Positions 37,831-51,990 are shown, counted from the whole stretch's first letter. The stretch is DNA of 63,584 bases, filler included, from Octopus bimaculoides (GCF_001194135.2; 6 parts of 6 records of this genome joined end to end with filler, not necessarily neighbours in it), one strand, 5' to 3'. Numbers and translations: made by a program. Notes: generated by a model not told the origin, from the letters alone.

Positions 37831-38490
37831 AACTCGATAGAGTAGGACAGTTGCTACACTGGAAAATATGTACATGGTACAAATTCGGCACTCCTGCTAA
37901 TTGGTATGAATATCCTCCTGAACCAGTTGTTGAAAGTAAAAAAGGCCACCATCCTCTGGGAGATTTCCAGTCAACACTTATAGAACGATATAGGTTAATC
38001 AACCAAACATAATTACTAAAGACATAGAAGAAAATAGTTGCAGACTAATAGATGTAGGTGAACCCACAGAGAAAAATATATCTGTAAAGAAATTTGATAA
38101 ACTTAGTAAATATTAGGACCTGGAAATTGAAAAAAAGAAAATATGTGAAATCTTAAAGAAAAACCGATTCCTGTTATTGTAGGTGTCCTAGGTATAGTAA
38201 AAAGAAAAGTATGTCAAAAACATTTAAACAACATCCCAGGAGAACCATGTCTCACAGAGATGCAAAGGATTGAGTTGACAAGTACTGTTCATATACTTAC
38301 AACAACCCAATGAATTTGAATGTTTGTGTTTTATTATATAGTGGTATTTGTCAACTACCCTCGCCATTTCCGTTTTCCAAGCTATCAGTTATGTTTCAAG
38401 ATCTCTTAACATTCACTTGCCTTAGGGCGCTGGGTGCGTGCCGGCAAGTGAATGTATCAAACACGCAGATTAAAAGTAAATAATAACTAA
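37831..38490 (+). mobile_element. R4/Dong-clade non-LTR retrotransposon 3' fragment (RLE domain plus 3' UTR)
   Basis: DRVGQLLHWKICTWYKF...NWYEYPPEPVVES...ILW...NQPNII.KD.EENSCRLIDV..P.EKNISVKKFDKLSKY.DLEIE...IPVIVGVLG, with a taaataataactaataac tail. Confidence 0.85.
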
Positions 38491-38512
38491 TAACAACAAC
38501 AACAATACTGAC

Positions 38513-38547
<35 letters not shown>

Positions 38548-38713
38548 GGATGATGATTTCATCTATTTGCCAAAATGGCGAAGGATGAAGGGACAATACA
38601 AAGACAGACATACATTATGGTTGTTTATATATAATGAAATGATAAAAGAAAAGAAAGTAAAAATGAAGACAGTAAGTATACGCGATATACACTCAAAAGA
38701 AGGGACATATGAA

Positions 38714-38763
<50 letters not shown>

Positions 38764-39992
38764 GTTGTTGTTGTTGTTTTCTTTTAATCACAATGATCAA
38801 CTTCACCACCACAAATACCATTACCGCCAATATCAACAGCTGTCATTTAACATCATCATCTTTACCATTTTCTCCCTCCTATTCTTCTCCTCCCTATCAA
38901 CATTTACATCATCGATTCCCACCATCATTACCCCCACGACTATGACCACGACCACCATTTTCAATCATCATCATCATTATCATTATGATGAACATCATCA
39001 ACATCATCATTATGATGAACATCATAATTCTTCACTTCGTCATTAAAACCAGCAACGGCGACCGCCGGCAGAACATAATATTCATTTCCGTTTTCCCATT
39101 TTGCATCCAACCAAGGCCAGCTCCCCACCTCACATCTCTCACGACACAGAAAGCAAAATTATAAAGCATGTTGTGAAATTAATATGGAAATTAAAAGAGG
39201 AACAAAGAGAATATGTCAAACATTAATTTTATGAAAAGGAGGCTTGACTCGAATAACTAAACTTGGATCAAAACTCAAGCCAAGGCAAGCAGAGGAGGTG
39301 AGGGATGATGTTGTTGTTGATAATGATTGTAGTGATGATGAGGAGGATGATGTTGAAAATGCTGATGGTAAAATATAAGTATACACAACACAAAAACCTG
39401 TATATATATATATATATATATATATNNNNNNNNNNNNNNNNNNNNNNNNNNNNNNNNNNNNNNNNNNNNTTAATTAATTAANNNNNNNNNNNNNNNNNNN
39501 NNNNNNNNNNNNNNNNNNNNNNNNNATATATATATATATATATATATATAATTCATGTGATGTCACCCCTATTATCAAGTTTTAGCATTTGGCCATCAGC
39601 CATCAACTTATTCCTGCATAGACATAAAAGCTGACAACTTAAATAAATCCCAAAGGCTGTGTTAATAAAATAGATTATCTTCATTGACATTAAACATGAC
39701 TTTGGCTTATTTTAATTTTACTTACTTATTTTTCTCCCTAATATGTTAAATTTAAATTAGGATTTTGTTATATATTCATATTTTGAAGACTACTAGAAAA
39801 GTACAATAATGAATTTTTATCCTTGACTTAATGAAAAAAATGTTTCAGTGAAATTTAAATTAAGTACAAATATATATATATTTGTGCCCACACACATGCA
39901 TATATAAAGAAAAATTATATGTTACTGAGGAAGCAGCTAATAGCCTTAACTTTATACTTTAAAGGCTGATATTTTTTCTTAATGATTTCAAG

Positions 39993-40072
39993 AGAAGTAT
40001 GATGCACAGAAATGGAAAAAAATATTGAAGAACTGCTGTGATATAGCTGTCACAGAGGCTGCACAGAAATAA
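39993..40072 (+). CDS. candidate terminal exon of an unidentified gene
   Basis: Polypyrimidine acceptor ttttttcttaatgatttcaag, then phase-1 (E)KYDAQKWKKILKNCCDIAVTEAAQK*. No upstream exon was linked. Confidence 0.3.
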
Positions 40073-40119
40073 GAATGAAGATCAGGTTTGAGTCGGCTGG
40101 AGACCAGAAGGAGTGTTAA

Positions 40120-40342
40120 CCCTTTCAATACTAACCCGGTTGAAACTACCTCTGACTCTGTAGTACAAATGTCTTGTTTTTATAAGTTTTGAATTAAAAT
40201 TTTCCACCAAACCTTAGTCACAATTTATGTTCCTAACACTAGCTTAATGATAACTAAGTTATTTTACTAAATTCTTTGTTATATTTAAAATATTTGGGAA
40301 AAAAACACAGTGCATCTCAAAATAAATACAGTAATGAAAGGG
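40120..40342. mobile_element. piggyBac-type MITE
   Basis: TTAA|ccctttc ... gaaaggg|TTAA termini. A partial inverted copy lies at about 42185-42310. Confidence 0.8.
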
Positions 40343-40489
40343 TTAAATAATCCAGGATTGTGACAGACAGGGTCACCATGAGGTGCAATACTGTCTTACC
40401 TGTCCTGGCATGAAAATGTCTTTTAATAAATTACTGCTACTTCTGCATTTTTTGCTAGTGATAATGCTTAACCTATTCTTAAAGGTCAG

Positions 40490-40925
40490 TATTATTTATT
40501 GAGTGTCAACACACTGAATAAAATGCTTAGTGGTATTTTGTCTGTCTTTACATACTGAGTTCGAACCCTGGTATGGTCGACTTTACCTTTCACCCTTTTG
40601 GAATCAATAAAATAAGTATCAAAGACAGCGAGCTGGCAGAAACGTTAGCACACCGAGAGAAATGCTTAGCGGTATTACATGTCTTAATGTTCTGAGTTCA
40701 AATTCACCCGAGATCGATTTTGCCTTTCATCCTTTCAGGGTCGATAAATTAAGTACCAGTTGCATACTGGAGTTGATCTAATCGACTGGCCCCACTCCCC
40801 AAATATTTCGAGCCTTGTGCCTAGAGTAGAAAAGAATAAAATAAGTATCGGTTGAGCGCTGAGGTCAATGTAACTGACTTAACCCCTCCCCCTAAATTGC
40901 TGGCCTTGTGCCGAAATTTGAAACT
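40490..40925 (+). mobile_element. two adjacent SINE family B copies
   Basis: aaatgcttag.ggtatt and gtcgactttacctttca / gatcgattttgcctttcatcctttc each occur twice. Confidence 0.8.
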
Positions 40926-41437
40926 GACATTATTTATTAAGTGAGACCCTGGTTGCATAAGTAGAGGTAAGTGCTTACACATCAGAAAGTACATTTCCTT
41001 TTGGAGTCTGCTTGACTGTCTTTTTTTCCTGATGCAAACCAACGCTACTTTGATCTGATTCTAGTATTTTTTAACTTCACTGAGAGAGCTGCATTAGTTA
41101 CAAGTGGCTACTGACCAAGTCAGCAACTGGATGCTGGAATACAACTTAAGCATTAGCAGTTTACATTTTGTTATTATCTGTGCTTTTATTATCTTTGCTC
41201 ATCACACTAAAAAATCTCACTGTTCCAGGTCATTTAACTGTAAAATATTTATAATGCATCAGTGTATCTGGAGCACTGGATAATTAATTAACATGTGTTT
41301 CTCTAGATTATAATGAATGAATTTCCCATTGTAAAGAAAGTTCATGTAATTATCACACAGCATATTGTATCAGCGTGTCAGTCCTGATTTATCATCACAA
41401 CATTACTTTGGGTGAAATTGTGAAATTTTGGTCAAAA

Positions 41438-41604
41438 TCAGGTTTTATAACTTTGGCAGAAGTTTATGTTCCAAAATGCTTTATTGTTAGAGTAATTTGA
41501 AGCTTCTGGTTTACTAATTTCGTTCTTTATTTTGCTGGTTGTAATATTGCTTCTTTGTGGTAAAGAATACTGAAGACCTGCACCAGAAATGTCAGTTGTA
41601 AGTT
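41438..41604 (-). CDS. candidate terminal exon of an unidentified gene
   Basis: ttttttacatag acceptor, then phase-1 (E)LTTDISGAGLQYSLPQRSNITTSKIKNEISKPEASNYSNNKAFWNINFCQSYKT*. No homology recognised. Confidence 0.3.
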
Positions 41605-42344
41605 CTATGTAAAAAACATGTAAAAATAAAGCATGTGCAAAAACATGTAAAACATAAAGCATATGGTTTAACAAATATAGGTATGGGCACATATCTATGC
41701 AAACCCAAATATGCAATTCCTATTTTTTGTATGTAAATGTCTAGTCATCTTTTGTCACATAATGTTGTAACTCCAGTGTTGCACCTGATGTTTTGTATTA
41801 GATTTCTCATAATATAAAAGCGATGGTCCATGGCTTATTGCTTAGTCTATTCAATTCAGTATCATAAGGTCCTGAGTTTGATTTTTGGCATTGTATCCTT
41901 GAGCAAGACACTTTATTTCACATTGGTACAGTCCGCTCTGCTGGCAAAAATTAGTTGTACATACATATAATTCAAAAGGGTCAGCTTTGTCAAATTCAGT
42001 GTCATGCTGAATCTCCCTGGGAACTAACTACTTTAAGGGTACATGTGTTTTTAGGGAGCTCAGCTATTTGCACATTAATTTCAAGAGCAGGCTGTTTCAT
42101 TGATTGAATCAACTGAGACACTTGTCATACCGATAGGAAATCAGGTTGTATATGAGTAAATGGTATATATAACAAAGAATTTAGCAAAATAAATTAGTTA
42201 TCATACAGCTAATGTTAGGAACATAAAATTGTAACTAAGGTTTGGTGGAAGATTTTAATACAAAACTTATGAAAACAAGACATCTGTACTAGAGATCCAG
42301 AACCAGTTTCAGTTGTGTTGGTATCAAAAGAATTAAGGCAACTG

Positions 42345-42565
42345 AATATTGGTTTTAAATTTTGGCACAAGGCCATCATGTTCGGTGGGGAGAGGGCTAA
42401 GTCAATTTCATCAACTCCATGACTCAACTGGTACTAAGTATATCGACCTCAAAAGAATGCGAGGCAAATTTGACCTCAGCAGAATTCGATGTCAGAAAAT
42501 AAAAACCGATAAAATTCCTCTAACCGTTTTGCCCAGCATGCTGACAGTTCTGTCAGCTTCCTGCT
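42345..42565 (-). mobile_element. SINE family B, diverged
   Basis: Family B core on the reverse strand. Confidence 0.7.
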
Positions 42566-43494
42566 TCCATATGAATTAATAAATATACAAACTGATATTC
42601 ATCCATATTAAGTCTCACTGTGTATCTTTCTTCTGAGTAGATTTAAACAGCTCTGCTTGAGAAAACACTTAACACAGAAGTAATCAGTTAAAAGTAGACC
42701 TCACCTATTTTACTAGTTGTGTTTGTTATTTTTCTTTTGTCTTTTATGGGTGATAATGTGTTAGGATTTGAAAACTAAACGTCTGGTCTCCATTTTAAAA
42801 ACGTAGTGGGTTTTGTAATAAATTTCTTGGGTAGATTGATTGATTATATAGGATCTGCTTCTCTGACTTGTGTTAATTATTTATTCCAAAGACCATTGAG
42901 AAGTTTCTTAAAAGAAATTTTGAGAGGTTAGAAGTTAAATAACCACATAGTAGCTCTTTTGTTTGGTTATGAAACCCTCTCACCTTTTCTCTTGATTTCT
43001 GTCTATTCTTCTCTTTCATTCTATTATTATTGCATGACAAATCTAACATTTCTGAAATGGAAATTAACCAAAATAGAAAGATGGTGAAGGAAAAGACAAA
43101 AACAAAAACAAAAAAAAAATAATAATATACACAAACAAAATAACTTTGACATTTTGATCACCAAGTTGTAAGTTCCTAGATAATGATGCTTTCTCACTTA
43201 GCGTCCTTTCATTACAAGAGACATTAATAGGGGACATGCATTTATCTAGAGATACAAAACTGGTATAGAGCATTAAGTGTAATTTTACCTTTCAAAAAGC
43301 AGTAAAAATTTTAGAAACTTCGTGAACGTCTCTCACCACCTTTCCTTCTTTTCAAAAAGGAATTGGAATTATAATTTAGAATTAACCACAATAGATAGTA
43401 ATTTGAGATAGTTCAAACATTTATACATCATATAAAGATTCATATATATGAATTGATTTATATTTCTACATACAAACTTATATCTATGAGTATG

Positions 43495-43528
<34 letters not shown>

Positions 43529-43641
43529 NNNNNNNNNNNNNNNNNNNNNNNNNNNNNNNNNNNNNNNNNNNNTTAATTAATTAANNNNNNNNNNNNNNNN
43601 NNNNNNNNNNNNNNNNNNNNNNNNNNNNATATATATATATG

Positions 43642-43696
<55 letters not shown>

Positions 43697-46509
43697 CTGG
43701 CATTATTGTAAGCTGCCTATTCTTTGGTTAAAACAAGGTTAACAGTGGTGTTCTACTTTTCTTTGTCTTTTTCCTTTATCCTAAAGATGTTTTAATAATA
43801 TATACTACTTAGAAATAATGGAGAAAAATCGGACTTATTGTTTTCATTTCTTTTTTCTTTAAATATCTTAGTAAATTATTGAGGGAAAAGGGAAAGAAAA
43901 ACCACTCGAGAATCTCAGAATTAGTTATGATACATTTGAAAGGAAAATTATACAGAAAAATTAGTTTTAGTTTTCGGTTATCTTCCATATCTTTTATAAT
44001 TTCATTGTGTCTCTTTTTATAAGCTACATCCATCTGATGCTGATTCTAAGTATTTATAATAATAGTAGACCTCTAACTTTCAAACAAGGCCACACAGAAT
44101 GCATGTTTATTATACTTTTGCAGAGGAAAGGTTGATTGTTGCTTCAAAGTTTTGGCCTTCTTGCCATTGGCAGATTGTCTGACAAAAGTGAGCAAGTGGA
44201 AATTTTGAAGTAACTTTCAACCTTGTCCTTTGTGTGTGTGCGTGCATACATGTGTGTGTGTGTGTGTAATATATAATATATACACAACTTGCAAGATGCT
44301 TCCATCCAGAGAATGGCACAGCCCTGTCTCAGTTCATTAGCATATAAACTGTCTCACAGTTATGCTTTGTACTCTGATTAATCTGGACATGGCTCTGCTG
44401 TTCTCTGGATGAAATATAAAAAAATGCTTTACCATCAAAAGTGTTGAATATTTCGTTGGTTTACAGATACCTTGATATGGTAAGGATTACCTGTATTATG
44501 ATGTGTGTGTGTGTGTGTGTGTGTGTTTATATACGTATGTATTTGTATACATGCATATTTGTGTATGTATAGATATATCCCGATGCTATAACACTGTAAT
44601 AATCAATAAGGAAAAGAACTCAATTATATAATTAAAATTTAATACAAGCAGCCACATATTTACTCTACCCAACATGTGTGGTCATCTCTGTTCCATACCA
44701 GGTATATTCCATATATATGATAAACATGTAAGCATAGCAACTCTGTCCTTTATTCTAATGGTCATGTATGTATTGAATAAAAGTAATTTAGAATAGCAAA
44801 ATAATTTTCCTAGTTTCTAGCAGTCAAGGTTTTTTTACCTGTCAATTTATTTTGCTCTTGTAACACAAATAAGAATTAGGAAACAATCTTCACTAAAAAG
44901 AATGAAAAAAAAAGTGCCTGATATATTTCTAATGCTCAGTTATGTAGTTTTGAGATGTCTAGAGTTGTGAATAACTTGCATCTTATTATATATATATATA
45001 TATCTGATGACACAGGCAGCATCGTCTGCTGTATTAACTGGCTAGAATATGGGATTGCTTATCCTGAGAAACAGATGGAGTAACTTGTTAGAATTTAGGT
45101 TAAAGGTGTTTATATTTAGCTATGCCTTGTTAATTCTTCACAGTATGAACTTTGATGTAGCTAGCTCAGGTATGCAAATTACTTGCTGGTTTGACACTTT
45201 TACCATATTCTTCAGCTGAATATATTAGATCTGTTCAGTAACTCAGATTGATTCCTTTAGAAGGTAATCCCTACTTTTGGAAATTACATTTGGAATCTCA
45301 AGGAATTCTACGAAAGTTAATGTTTAAAATTATTTTCTGTCCAGTAAAATCCAAACTTGAGAAATTTGCTTGAGCTTAAAACGGTCATTAATGAATGCAA
45401 TATTCTTCAAGTTCATTGTATTTCTAAGACATTCCATCTTTTTGTCATTCCTTCATTTTATTATTATTAATAATTTCCTACAAATAACATATAGGATGTT
45501 TCTAATTTCCTTGCAGTAAAAAGCAATTAGATTAATTTCAGGTTAGAATTTCTTTATGAAAAAAATTTTAATTGGGAAATATTGAATAGCTCCTGAATTA
45601 TTAACAAACCAACAACAAAAGGAAAATAATGCCAATATCCACTAGGTACCTGAATAATCTCATACCTACAAATACTTCATAATTTAGCTTTTGACAATGA
45701 TCCTAAGTTCTTTTTTCTTTCTCAATTTTGGTTTGAAAATTTAACTCCATTTCTTTCTTATTTCACAAGAATTCCATTTGTTACGTGTTATTTTTAATAT
45801 TGTTTTTCTCTCTCTGAGAGATCAATTTCTCAGATACTTATCAGTTCTTTACAATTGTTGCATTCTAAAGTTTGGTTTCTTTTTGTTGGTCTCGTTAATG
45901 AGCTTAAAATTGCTGACTTCTTTTAGTATCCAATATGTAATTCCATTTAATAAAGACTTCATTTTTAACTAGAAATAGTTGTTGACTCAATATTCAGTGT
46001 TCATGAAAAATGTACCTTGGGTTTCAGAACATTAAAGGAATCATATTCTAGATTGAAGGCCATTGTCACCAGTAACAATAGCTGAATGAATTGAGCTGAT
46101 CTAACAATCAGTAAAACAGCTGTAGTGTATTTAAACTTAAACCTGATGAATGATGAAATTGGTAACACATCTTATCTATTCAACCACTTTATATTCTTTC
46201 CAAATATGGTAAAACTGGTTCACTTCAGCAGGTTTCATATTTACAGTAAGAAAGGAAATATATTTAAATCAACACAGGGATGTTCATCTTCATTCTTAAT
46301 GTTTCAGTAGATTCAAACAGGAATATGCTAATCACTGTTGTATTCTATCTGTGAAGAACAACTTTTCCTTTCAGATGATCTGTAATAATACACTTGATTC
46401 ATTGAGGTAAAGGGCCCTTGAAACACCATGGTGTTTAGACCAGGTTGTGTTTTTTCAATCAAGGCTACCCTTGGGTCAATGAATCTTAATCCTTTCGCAT
46501 TTGGGTCAC

Positions 46510-46745
46510 TCTTATTTCTTTATTGCCCACAAGGGGCTAGACATAGAGGGGACAAACAAGGATAGACAAAGGGATTAAGTCGATTACATCGACCCCAGTG
46601 CGTAACTGGTACTTAATTTATTGACCCCGAAAGGATGAAAGGCAAAGTCGACCTCGGCGGAATTTGAATTCGGAACGTAATGGCAGACTAAATACCGCTA
46701 AGCATTTCGCCCTGCGTCCTAACGTTTCTGGCAGCTGGCCGCCTT
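46510..46745 (-). mobile_element. SINE family B
   Basis: gaccccgaaaggatgaaaggcaaagtcgacctcggcggaatttgaa core. Confidence 0.85.
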
Positions 46746-48069
46746 TGGGTCACTCGGTCAAAGGTTATGCTTATATTTTCACTTTGTTTTGAATTAATTC
46801 TACATTATTTCACAGCTTCATAATTTTGATGTGATTGCTGATTTTTACAATGGCATTAAAAGGTGAGAGGCCAGATCTGGCCAGTTTCAACATAAAGCAG
46901 AATATTTTGACCAGATATGACTGGTTTAGATACTAAAGTGTTGAACAAGGATTGTGGTTCTTGTTTATAGAAATCAGTAAATAATTTGCTATCACCAACA
47001 CACAGCAGCAAATAATTTTCTGATTTCTATAAACAAGACCCACAGCCCTTGTTTAGATTCATTGATTTAGGGATAGCTTTGACAAGAAACACAACCTGGT
47101 CAAAATAATGTAATGTGTCAATGTGCCCTTATATTAATGATTCAAGTATTTTGTGAACACACATCATCTGAGGAGAAATTGTTCTCCATAGACAAAAATA
47201 CAGCAGTAGTTAGCATATTCATGTTTGAATCTGCTGAAACGTAAGTAATGTGTACATCATAATTTCCAAAGAACACTGATATAATTTGGTGCTAACTTGT
47301 GACTAGAGCCTCAGTATGCCAAGATCTCAAATATGTGATGGTGCCCTGAGGTAATAGTATATCTCATTTGTCATTGAGTCATTGCAGTAGTTCCTCATCT
47401 ATTTCACTGTATCTACACAAAATTGGTCTGTAGAAGCCAGACATCCTTCTTCATGATAGATATATGGGAAGACTTGAACTTGGAGCTATACCTAACAAAA
47501 CTCTTGTCAGTTATGCAGTGTCCCCACTGTTAATTGAATAATTCTATAAATAACTTTTGTATTATGAAGATTGAGCCACATCGTATTGGTGATGACGAGG
47601 AAATGTGAAAAATTTGGTCAGTAAGACTACATTTATTGACTCAGCTGCTAGAAACTCCTTTAAAGGAAGGTATTTAAAAGATATATATGGTTTATATTGT
47701 CAACATCATTTAATAATGTGTGTTCCATGCTGGCATGGATATTGACTAGATTGGATGTAATCAGTTTCATTTCTCCCCATCATACAACTAAACAGTTTCA
47801 TTCATTTCAGCATGTTTCGAATTTAAATGATTGCCACATTATCAAATTTTGTCCTGCAAATCCTAATACTAACCATACATCTCATTTCACGCATCATTCT
47901 GATGAATTGTTAAATATTGCTAGGATATGAAATCAAGTCCTGCACTATCAACCTTATTGTCACTCAAAAAGAAAAAACACTTACCTCTGGCATCTATTTT
48001 TTTATACGCTTGCACTGTCGGTGTTTGTCAGGCTAAGGGAGTTAAGTCATCATTAATTCGAGTTATTTC

Positions 48070-49265
48070 CCTTGGCTTCTGGACTGGCATTGCTGCAACG
48101 CTTGAAAGGTGGTAAAACTCTTCATAGTATATTCAAGCTTCCAGTTCCTTTGAGTGAAACAAGTGTGTGCAATGTTCCAAATGTTGATAAAGGAATCATT
48201 CTCAGACGAGCAAAAGTCTTCATTATTGACAAAGATTCAATGATACTAGTTTATGCTTTGAAAGCTATAGATAATTGTTTAAGAGATATGAATAGTAATT
48301 GTATATTTGGTGGGGAAAATTGTCGTACTAGGAGGAGATTTTTAGACAAGTACTTCCAGTTGTTCCCAGAGCTCCTCCTGCAGCTGTACTTGATTCCTGT
48401 CTTAAACGCTCGTCTATGTGGGATAATTTTCATCAAACGTAACTTACACAAAACATGAGAACAAATGCAAATGAACAAGATTTTTCAAGGTGGCTACTAC
48501 AACTTGGAAGTGAATTTCTTCAAAGCTCTCTTGATAATCTCGCAGAAGATACTGTTGATATTCCTGAGGCATGCATATGTAACAATTCCTTGGTATCTGA
48601 TATATTTGACAATTGTACAGCAGAAAAAATGAAAAATAGTGATCTTATGCCTTAAAAATTCAGACTGCTTAGCAGCAAATGAAATTTTAAGTAGATTGCC
48701 CACTGAAACTAAGACATATCTGAGCACTGACTCAGTAACTTCTGATAACGAAGAAGCCCAGAATTATCCCATTGGAGTTTATAAACACTTACACCTTCTG
48801 GAATGCCTCCTCATCACCTTAACTTTAAAGTTAGAGCAATTATTATGCTTCGTAGAAACCTTTCTATAACACAATGGAACTTGCTTGTAAGTATTTCAGC
48901 TTCATGAGCATAGCATCGAAGCGTCAATTATAAATGATTCTCATTCTCACACGAGAATACTGATTCCAAGAATCAAACTTACTCCAAGCGATGCAAACAT
49001 TCCATTCGTTCTGCATCGGACCCAGTTCCCGGTTCATCTGTTCTTATTCTATGATAATCAATAAAGCACAGGGGCAAACATTCAATAGAGTTGGCATACA
49101 CTTACCACAGCCATGCTTCACTCATGGCCAGCTTTACATAACTTTTTCAAGAGCAAGGGTGATGAACAGTGTGAGGGTTAAAGTGATACGTCAAAATGAA
49201 TCCACTCATGGTTGCAGAAGGGAATCACCTACACTAGACACCTTGTGTATAGGGAAGTGCTGTAA
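48070..49265 (+). pseudogene. Helitron RepHel helicase domain, frameshifted
   Basis: TGIAATL..GGKTLHSIFKLPV, VFIID..SM, GGDFRQVLPVV, LTQNMRT, PSGMPPH, MIINKAQGQTFNRVGIHLPQPCFTHGQLYITFSRA and LVYREVL* motifs, all in order. Confidence 0.9.
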
Positions 49266-49420
49266 CAGATGTATTTAACGTATACTTTCACACAATAACT
49301 TAATATATATTTATTAATAAATATAACATAAAGATATAATAGAATTTTTCATTAACTAAAATAGTGCAAATTAAACAATTTTAATTAAATAACTATTTAT
49401 TGAATGATATTTTAATTATC

Positions 49421-49450
49421 CGTGAATTTTTTTCATGGTTCCAGCTTGTT
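49421..49450 (+). mobile_element. degenerate Helitron 3' terminus
   Basis: ccgtgaa...ttcatgg hairpin, then CTTG|T, about 160 bp after the helicase stop. Confidence 0.45.
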
Positions 49451-50019
49451 TCATTATTTTGACAAGCTCATTTCTAATATTCCAGAAAATATATAAAATA
49501 TGAAGTATTCTCAACAAAGAAATGTGAGTGCAGATACATGCACTATGAAACAAAAGTTCTTGTGAAATATTTGATTACCTCAGTATGTGAGAGGAGAGAG
49601 AGAGAGATATAGTCACTGGTATTACAAGCTCCAACCTATACAGGTTGTGATATTACATGTTCAGTCTCCTTCAAATGCTGGAGACATAACACCATTGTAA
49701 GGACTCTATTGCACCTACTCAGTTTAGATACATCTAAACAGTAGCAGCTGCAAAATTAGTCTTAAAGACTGTACTGGAATGCACATCTATAGAGATAAAT
49801 GCAGAAATACAACATTCATGTATTGTCCAAGTCTGCCTTTATTGATGTTGCCACCAGAAACCTACAGGCATTTAGGATCAGAAAATGAAGGCTATCCAAT
49901 ATATCCTGTTTTCCACACTGACCCATACTATAAACTACTGTATATGCAGTATAGTTCTCGACAAGTTAGTAGCTAGTTATGCAGGTTACAACCAGACGTT
50001 CGTTTCAATTTCTCTGTAG

Positions 50020-50298
50020 CAGTGATTCTCAACTATTTTTTACTTATAGACCCCTTTTATTCTGGTGGACCCTCACAGCCATTCAATGTTTAAAAACCCA
50101 TTTTATAGATAATTCCTATTTTGTCCATCACACATTAGCTTGTGTAAGCTGGACTGTTTAAAACATCAGAGAAAGAAACCAAGCTGTTTCTTGCAATAAA
50201 TACAGCTAAAACAAAATTTACTTATTTTGCTTGTGCAGACCCCACAAAATTTTATATGGCCCACAAAAGATTATATGGACCCCAGTTGAGAACTACTG
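50020..50298. mobile_element. hAT (Charlie-like) MITE
   Basis: TIRs cagtgattctcaac / gttgagaactactg. The 8-bp flanks ctctgtag and ctctatac match at 6 of 8. Confidence 0.75.
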
Positions 50299-50454
50299 CT
50301 CTATACTGTAGGTCTTCTGGAGGGGTTCTGATGAAATTGTCAAGCAATGTAGGTAAAACAATACAGAGTTTGTGAATATACCTGTGTCCCAGTGATTCTG
50401 TATATTAACTATTAATGAAGGTCATTTAAAGCAATGTTTGGAAAGAAGTAAAAA

Positions 50455-51990
50455 AAAAATAAATACATCATCAGCGGTGCTTCTGCCTGGCACAAAACCA
50501 AACTGCATCTCATCTAGGCTAACTCTCTTCTTAATTAGTTGAGCTATGACCCACTCTGTAACTTTCATCACCTGATCCAATAATTTGATACCACTGTAGT
50601 TATTTCTATCTGAAGCATCACCTTTGCCTTTATAGCTATTGACTGTGGCACTGCTACACCAGTCATTGGGTATGACTCCTTCATGAACTCCCTGAGTTAC
50701 GATGTGGGTGACAAGACCATAACCCACACTGCCCAATATTTTAAGCATCTTGGCTTTGATTCCTGATGAGCCAGGTACTTTCCCAGTCTTCATATCCTTA
50801 ATTGCTTTATCTACCAGGGTACTGACAATTTGGGTAGCTGGTCCCTCGTTTGGGTCAATCTTTGGCAGACTCTCCTCCTCCCATTCATTCTCCACATTCA
50901 GCAGTCTTTCATAATGGCATCTCCAAGTCTCTGTGTAGAATCATTAAACGCAAAGACACCATCATTCATGCTGACACATTTCTCTCCTATGACATCATGT
51001 TTTTCTCTCACACACTGTCTTGCAATCCAAAATACTTCAGTTCTATGGTCCTCACGTTGCTGAACATTGGCAAACTTCTTTTCTGCTATATGTACCTGTC
51101 TCTTGGTTTCCCTTTTGGCTATATGATACAGTCTCCTGCTACCCGCACACTTCCAGGCCTGTTTCTTTACTCTAATGGCACTGACTACAGTATTGTTCCA
51201 CAATCATGTTACCCTAGGTCTAGAAGGGACTGTGCACCAGCCACAGATTTGGTCTGTAGTGCTCAGCAAGCTGCCTTCTATGTTACAAGACTGTAGCTCC
51301 GCTTCCCTATCGTCAAATTTCTTGGTAAGGATATCCCTAAATCTCTGACCATGTGAAGGGTTCTTAAGCTTCCAAGTCCTTTACCAGATTGGTCTGCTTT
51401 TTCGCATCCTTCTGGCCTTGAGTCTAAAGTCACCAATAATTAGTCTATGCTGGAGGGGTACATTTTTTTACCAGGGAGGGTCTTTGTATTTAAGATCAAC
51501 AAAGCATCCTGCTGTCTGGTGAGAATGAAATCAATCTGGCTTGCAGAGTCACCTGATTGATAGGTTATCAGGTTGATGGTTGGCTTCCTGAAGTTGGTGT
51601 TGCAGATCAATAGGTTATTTGCATCACAGAACTCCAAGAGTCTAGTTCCCTCTTCATTTCTGGTACCAACTCCATGGCCCCTATGTACACCATGGAAGAT
51701 ACCAGGTTGCTGTCCGACATGCCCATTAAAATCTCCAGTCACAAAGATGAGATCATTGTCACTCGTCTTTGAGGTAGCCTGCAGAAGAATATCAGAAAAG
51801 TGATCCTTCTGTTCCTTTGGTAAGCCTGCTTCTGGGGCATAGGCTGAGATAATTGTAGCTATACCATTCTGCAAGACTAGCCTGAGTTTAAGTACTCTAT
51901 TGCACACCCTCACTACCTCTATGACCTTATTCACCCTTTCCTCTGCAATAAGTATTCCCACACTCCCTATTCTATCACTATTACCTTCCC
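50455..51990 (-). mobile_element. RTE-clade LINE fragment (APE endonuclease plus RT N-terminal half)
   Basis: TIISAYAP..G...TGDFNGHVG...RNEEGTRLLEFC...ITYQSG...QIDFIL, and KGKGDASDRNNYSGIKLL...MQFGFVPGRSTAD. Confidence 0.9.

Noticed and set aside
45004-45035. CTGATGA followed by a hairpin
   Set aside because: No GAAA or cleavage triplet after the stem.
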